Origin: Selaginella moellendorffii
Taxonomy: Eukaryota; Plantae; Lycopodiophyta
Direction of reading: 5' to 3'
DNA length: 64,000 nt
Assembly: GCF_000143415.4 (NCBI RefSeq)
Contig: NW_003314282.1
Span: forward strand, 1,445,374 to 1,509,373
Made by a program: the position numbers and the translations under genes. The notes beneath the pieces were generated by a model. It was given only the letters and a program-made list of their open reading frames with translations. It had not been told where the DNA came from and made no database searches. Within the stretch, counting starts at the first letter, position 1. Every line of letters starts with the position of its first letter. Shown here one piece after another: positions 32,388 to 43,909 of this stretch.

Positions 32388-34313
32388 TCAACGTCGTTTT
32401 TTTACTGAGAAGTGCTTGGCGACGACTTCGCGGAACTTCTCGTCGTCCATTCTCAAGCGACTGCGAAAAAAAATCGATTTTTTTAGTCCAAGGAAGCAAG
32501 AATAGCTCGATCGATTGATCGATCGCTGGAAAGAATGTGGTGAATCCAAAAAAATAAAATGGATGAGAAACATACCTTCCAGATCTTTTGGAAGACTCTT
32601 CCTCTGCGGCGGCCAGTTTCTTCTTCTCGCGTCGAGCTTTGAAAGCTTCCCTGGCAGCGACGATTCGAGCAAGAACTCGCTTCTCCAAAAGCTCGATTTT
32701 TTCCTCTCGCAGCTTGAGGATCTGCTGCTCCAGCTCTGCCACCGACGATTTCTTCCGGTTCTTCTTGACGATCTTCCGGAGCTTGCTTATCTCCGTATCC
32801 AGCTCCAGAATTCTCGCGTTGCTGCTCAAGATCACCTCGTCTGGATCACCGCCGAGATCTTCTGCGGTCAATGGCACCGAAACGTCAACTTCCACAAAGT
32901 GTGTGTTGTCACTGCTAGCCTCAAGAGCTTGATCGCGATGATCTCCCTCGCTATCTTCTTCATCTTCTTCTTCTTCGACCCATTCTCCGGAGCTTTCAAG
33001 TTCTTCCTCGTCGCCAAAGTCATCGTCTTCCTCCTCACTGTCCTCAAATTCTTCAAGTTTGCTTCCAACAGCCAGAGAAGACGTTTCGAAGTTTTCTTCT
33101 TCCTCGTCGCTCTCTTCGTCACCACCTTCGTCATCACAATCTTCGTCCTGTTCGTCCTCTTCGTCTTCAATGATTGTATCCGCTACAGATTCCTGTACCT
33201 CGTCGTTACTGCTACGATCCTCTGACGCATCATGCATCGACAAAAGTGAGCTCTCATCCGCAACTGGCGCTGCGATTGATACCATCCCTGTTTCTGCTTC
33301 GTCGTCTTCGATCTCTACAGTAGTGTCACTGGCCGTCTTTTTCTTCTCGTTCTTTGGAATGTGCAGCTCGTAAGTCGGGAGCTTTTCCAGCTTTCCAAAC
33401 AAAAGCTTGCGGATTTTAAACTTCTCCATGAATCTGTAACGAGAGAGAAACCAGCTTAAGGAGCAAAGAAAGAGAATTTTCTCACCTTAACGCGTTGCTT
33501 TCCTTGGCAAAAGTGAGAATGGCGGATCCTTTGCAAACAGGCTCCCGTGTCTTGTTGTTCGCGAGTTCGTTTGGTCTGATTTGCAAAAGGCCGGGCACTC
33601 CCTTGTAAGCCAGTCGCAAGTCCTTTGAGATGTTCTTCTTCCTTGGTAAGTGAGTGATTTTCACCTTGATTCCTTCAACTTGTGGCTCTGTGTGATACAA
33701 TCAAAGTTACTGCAAAGTTCTTCGCAAGTCATGAGCATGAAAGAAAGAAAAAAAGATTCCTAGCTTGCGAGATACGAACTTAAAACTTGCCTGGCTTTCT
33801 CGTCCTGGTCGATTCGTTGCCACTCCCCTCCACAACTTTACCATCCTTGAGCGAAATTCTTCCCATTGGATTCGCACTAGTTAGATCTCCCGGCTTCTCG
33901 GAGCTCTTCTTCTTCTTCTCCCCCGCACCAGCGCTCCCCTTGTCCATCTCCTCCAAGATTTCCTCCTCGAGAGCAGTGTCATACTCCTTTCCAATCCCAA
34001 ATCCCGGGGGCTTGTTCTTCATCCATTCCGCCATATCCACAATGTCGGTCAAGTCTCCTTCCTCGCCATCGTCATGCTCTGGCTCTTGCGAAGAAGCCTT
34101 CTCGACTTTCTTCTTCTTCTTCTTCTTTAGCTTCACCACGGCCGCCTTGTTCGTGCCTAGAGCCTATCAAAACAATCGCTCTCATTCGAACGAACGAAGG
34201 CTTCTACGCACCTGTAAACGCAGCGCCGCCGCCCGATTCCCGACCTGGAGCCGCTGGCAGTGGAAATGCGGGGGCCAGGGCGCCCAGGAACACCGGGCGA
34301 TCGCCATAGCCAT
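32388..34313 (-). CDS. Probable plastid-targeted RRM-domain protein with long acidic region and coiled-coil C-terminus, 5 exons
   Basis: Transit-like MAMAIARCSW.., conserved KPPGFGIGKEYDTALEEEILEEM, degenerate RRM VKITHLPRKKNISKDLRLAYKGVPGLLQI.P....NNKTREPVCKGSAILTF, then a D/E-rich tract. The last exon ends ..SVKKRR* at 32388. Confidence 0.75.
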
Positions 34314-34325
34314 TGCTTCATCCCA

Positions 34326-34386
34326 ACAACCCTAAATCAGGGTTTTGGGTTTTAAATTAGGGTTGTGGAGAGGAGATTTAGGGTTC
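34326..34386. promoter_or_regulatory. Telo-box cluster in an 83-bp bidirectional promoter
   Basis: AACCCTAAA, AGGGTTTT, TTAGGGTT and TTTAGGGTT lie between ATG 34313 (-) and ATG 34397 (+). Confidence 0.6.
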
Positions 34387-34396
34387 CTGATCGCGG

Positions 34397-35068
34397 ATGG
34401 CGGGAGAGGGCAGTCTGGGGGATTTCCTGGCGTCGCTTCTACCCAAGGGAAAAGCTGAATTGGCAGACAAGGCGCTGAAAGCTTTGCTGAAAGGGGGCAT
34501 CGATGAAGTGGATCAATTGCGTACGTTCTCTTGTGCAGAGCTTCATCTGTGTGGAGTGCCCTTGCTGCTAGCCAAGAATGTGAGCAAGTTCTTCGCTCAG
34601 TTAAATGGAGACCGGTCCAGCTACTTCGAGTCGGATGCGTATCGCCGGCTCAAAAACTCCACGCCTTCGCATCTTGCCTTGGATTCCGCTGAGTTCACGC
34701 TGGAGCATCAGATGAAGAAGCCGCCGGTCTTCATGAACTACCGCCCAGACACAGCACAGGGCCTGCCCTTGCCTCTCATCTCTCCCGTCTTCGCCAACTT
34801 CCTCGATTCGTGCCAGGAAACCGAGGTCCGTCCACAGGATTCAGCGTTTGTGGATGAGCTATGCCGTGAGTCGTCCAAGGCGTATGCTGACGAGCAACAG
34901 AGGCGCCTTATGCTGCTCAAGCTGCTGGAGAAGTACCTGGATGACAAGTTCGTGCTCGAGAAGACCAAGTCCGGCATTGCAATCTCTTGCGGTGGACGGC
35001 TTTTGGCGTTCGTTGCAGTGAGGAACGAGCAAGGGTGCGGAGGAGATCCTTTCATCCAAGCATGCAGG

Positions 35069-35114
<46 letters not shown>

Positions 35115-36183
35115 AACTTCTTAGCACAGGTACTATGTCGATCACCTTGCTGCCAATGTGGACGATGAGATGCTTGGGCGTGGCTGCTGTCCAGTCTTCC
35201 TGCTGGAGGTTGTCGGTCCTCTACTCCGGATTTCCGGTGCAGCGTTTACCGATGGTCCCGTCATGGAGCCCCTGCGAATGGGACTTCTCCTCCGCAGGAG
35301 GAACGCCGGCGAGATGGATTCTCTGTGCAGGATGGTGGTCGCTCTTCGCAAATCACTGCAGTCACTCGCCTCGATCAGTATCCAAGCATTGAAACTGGAT
35401 CTTGCAGGAGCCAAGCTCCCGTATGTGTTGCAAGAGCTCCACTTGCGGGGGGCGCAAGTGGATACGATCATTTACGGGGAGACTTACGTTGTCCATGTAG
35501 AGCGGCTGCAGCATGAAGTTCCAGAGCCTCCGTCCTCCTCCATGTCCGCGTTCGCAAGGATTCAGCACCTGGGCGTCGGGAAGATCTTCGTCAAGTTTTG
35601 CCAGCGCTACGGCAGCCAAGTTCACAGGGACTGGTTTGAGCGAGGCTGCGCGCCGCAGCTCTTCGACACCTTGAGCTTGGGAGGTGGCTGGCTGATGGTG
35701 TGCATGGAGTACATGGAGAACTACATCGATCTTGAGAAGGCGAGGGAAATGTTTCAGTCGCAGTGGAGTGAGATTCAAGCTCTGGCACAGCGTTGCTTGG
35801 ACAAAGCACAAAACTCGGCTTTTCAAGGCGTGCATGGTGATTTGAGGCTGCCCAACTTGATGGTTGATCCACAGCTTTCAAGAGTCGTCGCTGTGGATTT
35901 CGGATGGGCTGGGAGAGACGGCATTGACAGGTACAAAACGCTTTTTCTTTGGTTCTTGAGAATGGTTTTTTTCTTCTTTCATTCAAGGTATCCTTACTAC
36001 ATGAACCATGCTGACATTGCTTGGCCTGATGGAGCGTTAGATGGCGCTGTGATGAGACGCGAGCATGACCGGGTGCTATTGTCCTCGCAGCTGGCGCTCC
36101 AAAGGAAGAGAAAGTTAGCGGACGCCTTTAACGATTCTACGTTGTTTCAGCTCACTAGATCTAAATTGATGTCTTTAAATTGA
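34397..36183 (+). CDS. Crinkler/CR-effector-like protein: SAM-like header + degenerate PD-(D/E)xK (REase)-like domain + fungal-type protein kinase; introns 35068-35129 and 35931-35987
   Basis: Helical header with L..GGI..VDQL..FS.AEL..CGVP..LA. Middle region PL.L.SPVFA.F, VRNEQG.GGDP.IQA.RYY and CPVFLL...GP.L.ISGA.FTD....EPL. Kinase VKF, HGDLR.PN, DFGWAG and RYP..MN. Both GT-AG introns give in-frame joins. Confidence 0.8.
35073..35110. repeat. (CT)n microsatellite inside intron 1 of the kinase gene
   Basis: About 19 CT units. Confidence 0.9.
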
Positions 36184-37534
36184 TTCATTTGAGTAATATT
36201 TTCTTTTCATTTGCTATGTAAGATATCATTGTAAGAAATGATCATTTAATCAATTTAGTTTTCTAATGGCTTTCTGTGTCCTAGCTTAATATATTCTCTC
36301 GATTGTGGAAACTGAAGTTGCTGTGGTTTTGTTGGTGGAGTATAAGAGTTGGGAATGGCAATGTCATCCCCTAATTCGGCTCCTACTGTTGACATTGAAG
36401 GATTTGGGAAAATGGCACCACTCATATCTTCTTGGTGGTATCAAAAAGCATTAGTAGCGCCTACATCAACTTCTGGATTGCAAGCATCCCAACTAGAACC
36501 TATCTTTTGGTTTAGTATATGATTATGGTGAAGACCTAGAAACCACATGTATGATTTCGTGCTTATACCACCCATGAAGTTAGTTGACTTGTCAACTTGC
36601 TCACTAATATCATTTAGCAGTACCATTGTGGAAGCTCTCTAGACTGTCTCCTTTACCTCCTCGCTCCATTGATGTGATATTGAGACCGACTCAATTAATG
36701 AAAGATTTTTGTTATCAAGATCAATGGAAGAATTCAAGGGTCTTCAAGTTATTTGAGAGAGGATCTCCAACCCCGAGCTTCCACCACAGAATTTTATCTT
36801 GGTAGCTCATGACACAATTGCTTTGCTTTTCAAATGTTCTCATAGCAATCAATCATGGTGCATTTATGTTTACTTTAAAATCTAGATCCCCTTGCTTTAT
36901 AAGAAAGTCCAGATCGCAAAAGTGAGAAGTTCTAAAATAGGAAAATACCATCTTTCGTCTTGCCACTATGGTACCACTGGTGCTCCAATCTCCTGGAGCT
37001 GTACAATTTTGCAGGCTATTTATAAATTTTATTAGCCCAACTCTCATAATTAATTTAGAACCTCTAGCTAGTTATCTAATTTTTTGTTTAACATTTGCAA
37101 AATATTTTTGATTTACATTTGTTATGACCCCATCGTGGTTTACAAAATACATATCTAAGGTGATTTAAAAAATATTTTTAAATTTTATTGATAAATTTAG
37201 AGCATTTGAATTATATATTTTTCAATACTAATGATATAGATATATTCTAAGAAAATTTCTGTAAGTTTTTAATTAAGAATTGAGATTTTCAATAAAAAGT
37301 GAAAAAAAAAACAATTTACCTATTGCATTGTAAAATGCTGACAACAACTTTACACATTTGTTATGATACCTTTTGAAATTTAAGAATTTTCACCATATAA
37401 TTGATTTATTATATAATATTTCAAAATTTAAAAAAATATTTTACATTTTTAAATTAAACAAAATACTTATACAGTATCAGATAAATAGCCCAAAATAGGC
37501 CATTAAAATAACCTAGCAACGGAGTAGGGCAGAA

Positions 37535-38804
37535 ATGGCTGGTGTGATATGGAGCTCCACTCATCAGGTACTCTAGAATTTGTAAATGTGGCTGCCTCTC
37601 ACCAAAATCTATGATGCTACAAGTTCCTCATGCCCACAATCAAAGTTTCTCGCAAGAGGATTCGAGTGAAGGCTCGTAGCATCGCAGCAAAGTCTCAGCC
37701 AGTATGTTTTTTTTGTCATTTTGGATCGCTTTGTAGTGTTCCTATCCTTCGATTTGTGTTGCAAGGCCGTGGTTGTTTTGGACATTGAAGGAACCACCAC
37801 TCCAATCTCGTTCGTTTCGGACGTTTTGTTTCCTTACGCTTATAACAATGTCCACAAGCATTTGGTCTCGACATTTGACAGCCCAGAGACCCAGCGCGAT
37901 ATCCAGCTTCTCCGAGACCAGGTTTGCTAGAGAACAAGTTTCTTCGATGTTCTTAACTTTATTTCTCTTCCATTTCTTTGATCAGGTAATGCAGGACTTG
38001 GCCGAGCAAGGTAGCTCTCCAGGAGCAACCCCGATTCCTCCAGAAAACGTTTCATCCAAGGAGGATGTTATCGACGCCGTCGTAGCAAATGTCAAGTGTA
38101 TGATCGATGCTGATCGCAAAGTTCCCGCATTGAAGGAGTTACAGGCACGAAAGAGCAGCGTAACTTTTGTGAGTTTCTTCTGATTCCTGTTGTTTGGGAT
38201 CAGGGTCATATTTGGAGAACAGGTTTTACCACTGGTGAACTCAAAGGACAAGTTTTCGATGATGTTCCTCTCGCTCTAGAACAATGGCAACAGTCAGGAA
38301 CAAAGGTAAAAGAGTGAAGCTCTTTTTTTTTTATTTTTTCCTTCAAAAACTGTGGATTTCCACACCAGACTTACATCTACTCAAGCGGGAGCCGTGAAGC
38401 ACAAAGGATGATATTTGCGAGCACCCAGCATGGTGATTTGCGACGGTTTTTATGTGGTTTTTTCGACACAAGCATTGGGTATATCATTGTGTTCTATAGG
38501 AACTAGAGAAGTACTCATCTTATTTGCTTACCAGGCACAAACGGGATCCACAGAGTTACAAAGAGATCTTCCAGTTTGTAGGTGTGGATGATCCATCGCT
38601 TGTCACTTTTGCAACGGATGTCCTTGAGGAAGCACAGGCTGCGAAAGAAGCTGGTATGTGAAACCTTTTAAGTCGCTTAACACCGGTCTTCTTCCTTTTT
38701 TCTTGTCAGGGCTCCAAGCTGTGATCTTGCTGCGACCTGGTAACAAGCCATTACCCGCGGATCACACAGATTTTAGGACAATAAGCTCTCTGGCGAGCTT
38801 GTAG
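37535..38804 (+). CDS. Enolase-phosphatase E1 (MtnC/ENOPH1-like, HAD family; methionine salvage), stand-alone, ~8 exons
   Basis: [37 protein letters not shown]|[37 protein letters not shown]....SY, F.TD...E..AA..AG, RPGN.PL. The two short 5' exons are less certain. Confidence 0.92.
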
Positions 38805-38859
38805 CTTTCGAAAGATGGTAAAAGAAAGATATCTTACTTGAAGGAGGGAAGCTTTTTCT

Positions 38860-41028
38860 TTGTGTGAAGTTTCATCGTTTTCTTTCTTCAGCTGGCGGAG
38901 TTGGATAGAACGTTCTCTCAAATGCTCGAAACGAGGTATGGTATTTCTAGAGCTAGATAGCCATGCTGTCGCAGAAACTCATGAGAGCTTTTCAAAGCAG
39001 GAGAAGGAGATGCAAGCTCTTGTCGAGTCCCAGCTTTCGCCTGGAAGAACAAGAACAAGAACAATCCTCCCGGAAGCCGATGGTACAAGGAACGAAGAGA
39101 ACAGGATGGATTCGGCAAGCTATGGAAGACTTTTGCGAGAATGCGGCTTCTCAAAGTCACTCTCTAAAGGCATGGAGATCCACAAGAAGCTAGCCGAGTC
39201 TGGAGTGGACAAAGACACATATCTGGGGAACAACTTGATCCAAATGTATGGGAACTGTGGCTGCGTGGGCAAAGCTCGAGAGATCTTTGACAAGCTCATC
39301 GACAGGAACGTTTACTCGTGGACCATCATGCTCTCGGCTTATGCCCAGAACGGGCATTACAGTGAGGCATTGGTTCTAAGCTACCAGATGGACTTGGAAG
39401 GTATCAGGCCAAACTCCGTCACCTTTCTATGGATCCTTGGAGCTTGCTCGAACTTGGGCGACGTAGAAACCGGCAGGAAGATCCATGCAAGGATGGTGTT
39501 TCTCGGCTGGGACACCGACACCGTCGTAAGCACTGCGATCCTAGGAATGTATAGCAAGTGTGAGAAGCTCGGCGATGCGAAGAAGGTCTTCGATTCCTTG
39601 AGGAGAAAGGATGTAGTTTCATGGACTGCCATCATCACGGCCTTTTCCCAGCTCGGTCGTCCAAGAGTAGCGCTCGAGCTCTTCTGGGAGATGGATCTTG
39701 ATGGTGTCAAGCCCAACGAGAGCACCTTTGTCAACATTTTAGCGGCGTGTACTTACATGGACGCGTTGGAAGATGGAGATAAGCTCTACAAGAGGGCCAT
39801 CTCTTGCGGCTATGGCGCGGATGTTTTCGTGGGGAGCACAGCCGTGACCATGTATTCTCGGTTTGGAAACCTGGTGGAGGCCAAGGCAGCGTTTGATCAT
39901 CTGCGAGAGAAGAGCACTGGATCCTGGAACGCCATCGTTCGTGCTTACATCCAACACGGCCATATCTCGCAAGCTATAAGCCTGTACAAGGAGATGGACG
40001 TGCATGGTGCCGAGCCGGATACTTTCACGCACGTCTGCCTCTTGGGAGCTTGCTCCAGTCTTGGAGCGCTGGAAGAAGGCGAGAGAATCCACGCAAGGAT
40101 GGGAGACAAGCCGGATGGACTCGCTGGCTCGGCTATCGTCGCCATGTACGCAAAGTGTGGAGGGATCGAGCACGCCATGACCGCCTTCACGAAGATGAGC
40201 TCCAGCAACGTGGTCGTCTGGAACGCACTGATAGCCGGCTACGTCCAAGGCGAGCACTGGCAGGAAGCTCTGGATTTGTATCACGCGATGAACTTGGAGG
40301 GACTGGAGGCGGATATCTACACTTTCTCCAGCGTTCTTGGAGCTTGCTCTGGAGCGAAAGATCTCAGCGAGGGGCGGGCAGTCCACGCGAGGATAGTTTC
40401 CGGGGGCTTGGAAGTGGTGGTACCGCTGCAAAACGGGCTCGTCAACATGTTTGCGAAGTGTGGGAGCTTGACGCTGGCGCTGGAGATGTTCCGCGGCATG
40501 GCTTCCAGGAACACCGTGTCGTGGAACAGCATGGTGACGGCATTTTGTCAGCATGGCGAAGGCGGTGGAGCTTTCGAGCTCTTCAAGGAGATGCTGCTCG
40601 AGGGAGCCGAGCCACACGAGCAGACTTTCACGAGCATCCTAAACTTTTGCAGCCACTCGGGTCTCCTGCAAGATGGATTCGGCTACTTCTTCGACATGGT
40701 GGATGAGTTTGGGATTGCTCCGGTCGACGAGCACTACAGGTGTGTGATCGATCTGCTGGGAAGGACTGGACACATCGCAGCGGCTGAGAAAATGGTGGAG
40801 CATGCGTTTCCCGGCAGCGTTATCGCGTGGACGAGCCTCCTGGCGGCTTGCAGAACTTACAGGAATGTGGAAATCGCTGCTCGAGCTACGGAGGAGCTCA
40901 TGAGAGTGAGACCAGAGAATCCGGCACCACTCGTTCAGCTGGCAAATCTCTGTGCCGAGGCGGGAAGATGGGATGCAGTGGAGAGAGTGAAGCGGATGAT
41001 GGAGGAGCATAGAAAAGCTCGGGCTTGA
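38860..41028 (+). CDS. PLS-class PPR protein with E domain (no DYW); true start probably downstream of 38860
   Basis: Regular P-L-S triplets, CSHSGLLQDG..FGIAPVDEHYRCVIDLLGRTG, and E region AWTSLLAACR..PENPAPLVQLANL.A.AGRW. Confidence 0.93.
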   Translation: MCEVSSFSFFSWRSWIERSLKCSKRGMVFLELDSHAVAETHESFSKQEKEMQALVESQLSPGRTRTRTILPEADGTRNEENRMDSASYGRLLRECGFSKSLSKGMEIHKKLAESGVDKDTYLGNNLIQMYGNCGCVGKAREIFDKLIDRNVYSWTIMLSAYAQNGHYSEALVLSYQMDLEGIRPNSVTFLWILGACSNLGDVETGRKIHARMVFLGWDTDTVVSTAILGMYSKCEKLGDAKKVFDSLRRKDVVSWTAIITAFSQLGRPRVALELFWEMDLDGVKPNESTFVNILAACTYMDALEDGDKLYKRAISCGYGADVFVGSTAVTMYSRFGNLVEAKAAFDHLREKSTGSWNAIVRAYIQHGHISQAISLYKEMDVHGAEPDTFTHVCLLGACSSLGALEEGERIHARMGDKPDGLAGSAIVAMYAKCGGIEHAMTAFTKMSSSNVVVWNALIAGYVQGEHWQEALDLYHAMNLEGLEADIYTFSSVLGACSGAKDLSEGRAVHARIVSGGLEVVVPLQNGLVNMFAKCGSLTLALEMFRGMASRNTVSWNSMVTAFCQHGEGGGAFELFKEMLLEGAEPHEQTFTSILNFCSHSGLLQDGFGYFFDMVDEFGIAPVDEHYRCVIDLLGRTGHIAAAEKMVEHAFPGSVIAWTSLLAACRTYRNVEIAARATEELMRVRPENPAPLVQLANLCAEAGRWDAVERVKRMMEEHRKARA

Positions 41029-41329
41029 GTTGATTCGATCAAACCAAGTCAGTTAAACGTCAGGAAGATCTCTCAGTCACAAGGTATGGCTTTTTATAAG
41101 TTTTCTCCTTGCTAATATTTTTCATACAGGTGGAAAACTCGCTTTTTTCTTCGACTTGGTGAAGGTTTTGATAATTTCGCGTTGTCATTGCTATCAAAGA
41201 AGATTTTTTATCTTAGCTATGCGACTTAAGTCACGGCAAGAGCCAGGTATAAGGTTTCTTAGAAGTTAACATTCGTGTTTACAGAGCGAAAAGCAAATAC
41301 GAGGATATTTTTTGCTGGCTATGAGGTGA

Positions 41330-43909
41330 ATGGTTATCAGCTCCGGGGAACTCACAGGTGAGCTCCTTCCAAAATCCTTTCCACAGGTCTCAGAACATCG
41401 CAGCAATTCAGGCAATGGGCTCCAATCAAGTCCAGATTTTGCAGACCTCCTCCGGCACTACGCGAGAGAGAAAGATTTATCTTCAGGGAAGAACCTACAC
41501 TCGCAACTCAGAGAAACCGGACTGGACCGGAGAACACTCTTGGGGAACTTGTTGGTGCAAATGTACTCCAAGTGCGGGGAGCTCGAGCTAGCTCGCGAGG
41601 CCTTTGACAGGATTCTGGAATGGAACGACTACTCGTGGACGATTGTAACTTCGGCTTATGTCAAGGCCGGGCATCACAGGCAGGCAGTGGAACTTTACCA
41701 CAGGATGTGCTTGGAAGGCATGGACCCGGACGAGTTTGTTTTTGCCAGCGTCATGAACGCTTGCTCCGGCAGGAGAGAGCTCCTGGAGCAAGGCAGGATG
41801 ATCCACCAGCGAATCCTCGCGACTGGTTACGACCGAGATTTAGTTCTCCAAACCGCAGTGCTCAACATGTATGGAAAGTGTGGCTGCTTGGACGAGGCCA
41901 GGGAGATGTTTGATCATCTCGGGAAGAAGAGGAACTCGGTGTCATGGAATGCGATGCTCTCGGCCTACAGCCAGTTTGGATGCTACAAAGAAGCGCTCGA
42001 CTTGTTTAAAAGGATGAACTTGGAAGGGGAGAAGCCCGACTTGGTCAGCTTTGCGACAGTGTTGGCGGTGTGTAGCAGCGCTCGAGAGTTTTGCGAGGGC
42101 CGGAAGATCCACTCCATCGTCCGGGGGACGGGGATTCAAGCTGATGTCATCTTGCAAAACACTCTCGTGAGCATGTACGCGAGCTCTGGACGGATCGGCG
42201 ATGCAAGATCCATCTTCGACGAGATGGAGAACAAGTCCGTGGTCTCGTGGACGGTGATGGTCTCGGCTTACGTCCAACATGAGCTCGACGAGGAAGCTCT
42301 AGAACTCTACCTGGAGATGAGCGTCAAGCCGGAGGCCGCCACCGTCTCTACCGTTCTCGCGGCTTGCTCGAGGCTCGAGGCACTGGACGAAGGGCGGGAG
42401 ATCCATAGCAAGTTTCTCACGGAGAAGAAGACGAGGATCACGAGCCGGGAATCGATTCTTCTCGTGGAGAACGCGCTGGTGAACTTCTACGCAAAGTGTG
42501 GCTGCGCCGACGAGGCCGAAGAGATCTTCCACGCCATGGAGTTTCGCGATGTTGTGTCGTGGAACACCATGCTCGCGGGGCTTCTCCAAGCTGGCCGTGG
42601 ATGGGAGGCTCTAAGTTACTACAGGAAGATGGTCTTGGACGGGACACAGCCAGTAACAGCAACCTTTTGCAGTGTTCTTGGAGCTTGCTCGAGCGTGAGA
42701 TCTCTCCGCGATGGCCAGGCTCTCCACTCGCGGATCGTCGACACTGGCTTTGGTCCCGTTCCAGCTCTGGAGAACGCGCTGGTAAACTTCTACGCCAAAT
42801 GCAGAGCAATGGATCAAGCCAGGAGATTGTTCTCCAAGATGGCCAAGAGGGAGCTCGCGACTTGGAACGCGATGATCCTGAGCTTTGCGGAGGAGGAGAG
42901 CTCCAAGAACGAGGCCATGCATCTTTACCACGAGATGAATCTCCACGGAGTGGAACCAAACAAGTTCACTCTCACCAGTGTTCTCGGAGCCTGTTCGAGC
43001 TTGGATCAAGGCAAAGCTCTCCACCAGCGGATCACTGCGAGTGGAGTCGACTCGGATCCCACCGTCGCAACTTGCCTGCTCACCATGTACGTGACGCTGG
43101 GAGACGAGAACTTGGAGCTCGCCAAGAACTTCTTCGACAAACTCCCCGCGAAGGAGGTCTTCTCCTGGACAGTGATGATCGCAGCTTGCATCGAGCGGGG
43201 ATTCACCGACGAGGCACTGCAACTCTTCCGAAAGATGGACGTTCCTCCGGACAACGTCGTGTTTACTACGGTTCTCGGCGCGTGCTCGAGCCTGGAAGCC
43301 ACGAAGCTCGTCCAGGCGAAGATGTTATCACCATCGTCGTCTCCGCCGGACGTGGTAGCCTCCACCGAGCTCTTGAACGCTCTCGCAAAGTGTGGAGCTC
43401 TGGACGACGCCAGGGCCGTGTTTGATGGCATCCGGGGCAAGAACGTTCTAAGCTGGACGGCGATGATCGTGGGCTACGCACAGCACGCTCGCGGGGATGG
43501 AGCTCTGGAGCTGTTTCGAGAGATGGAGCTGGATGGAATCCAAGCGGACGAGATCACGTTTACGAGCATTCTCCACGCTTGTAGCCACCGAGGACTGGTT
43601 CGTGTGGGACGAGAGTACTTCCGTTCCATGGTGGAGGATCACGCCATCGCTCCCAGTGCCGAGCACTATAATGTTGTGATGGATATGCTGGCAAGAGCCG
43701 GGAGGGTGGGCGAGGCCGAGGAGGTGGCCAAGGTTTTCCCCGCAATCAAGCACGTAGCTTTGATGACGCTGGTGAGTAGCTCCCAGGTTCATGGAGTAGA
43801 CAGCTCGGTGGTGGCGAGGAAGAGGCTACTCCTTCAGGGCGATGGGTCTTGTGAGAAAGACACAGCCTCGTCGTACATTGCTCTCTCCAATTCATTCAAG
43901 AGCTTGTAA
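41330..43909 (+). CDS. PLS-class PPR protein with degenerate E domain (no DYW)
   Basis: Many YxKCG/VSWN motifs, ACSHRGLV..G..YF.SM..DH.I.PS.EHY..V.D.LARAG, and SSYIALSN. Confidence 0.93.
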   Translation: MVISSGELTGELLPKSFPQVSEHRSNSGNGLQSSPDFADLLRHYAREKDLSSGKNLHSQLRETGLDRRTLLGNLLVQMYSKCGELELAREAFDRILEWNDYSWTIVTSAYVKAGHHRQAVELYHRMCLEGMDPDEFVFASVMNACSGRRELLEQGRMIHQRILATGYDRDLVLQTAVLNMYGKCGCLDEAREMFDHLGKKRNSVSWNAMLSAYSQFGCYKEALDLFKRMNLEGEKPDLVSFATVLAVCSSAREFCEGRKIHSIVRGTGIQADVILQNTLVSMYASSGRIGDARSIFDEMENKSVVSWTVMVSAYVQHELDEEALELYLEMSVKPEAATVSTVLAACSRLEALDEGREIHSKFLTEKKTRITSRESILLVENALVNFYAKCGCADEAEEIFHAMEFRDVVSWNTMLAGLLQAGRGWEALSYYRKMVLDGTQPVTATFCSVLGACSSVRSLRDGQALHSRIVDTGFGPVPALENALVNFYAKCRAMDQARRLFSKMAKRELATWNAMILSFAEEESSKNEAMHLYHEMNLHGVEPNKFTLTSVLGACSSLDQGKALHQRITASGVDSDPTVATCLLTMYVTLGDENLELAKNFFDKLPAKEVFSWTVMIAACIERGFTDEALQLFRKMDVPPDNVVFTTVLGACSSLEATKLVQAKMLSPSSSPPDVVASTELLNALAKCGALDDARAVFDGIRGKNVLSWTAMIVGYAQHARGDGALELFREMELDGIQADEITFTSILHACSHRGLVRVGREYFRSMVEDHAIAPSAEHYNVVMDMLARAGRVGEAEEVAKVFPAIKHVALMTLVSSSQVHGVDSSVVARKRLLLQGDGSCEKDTASSYIALSNSFKSL

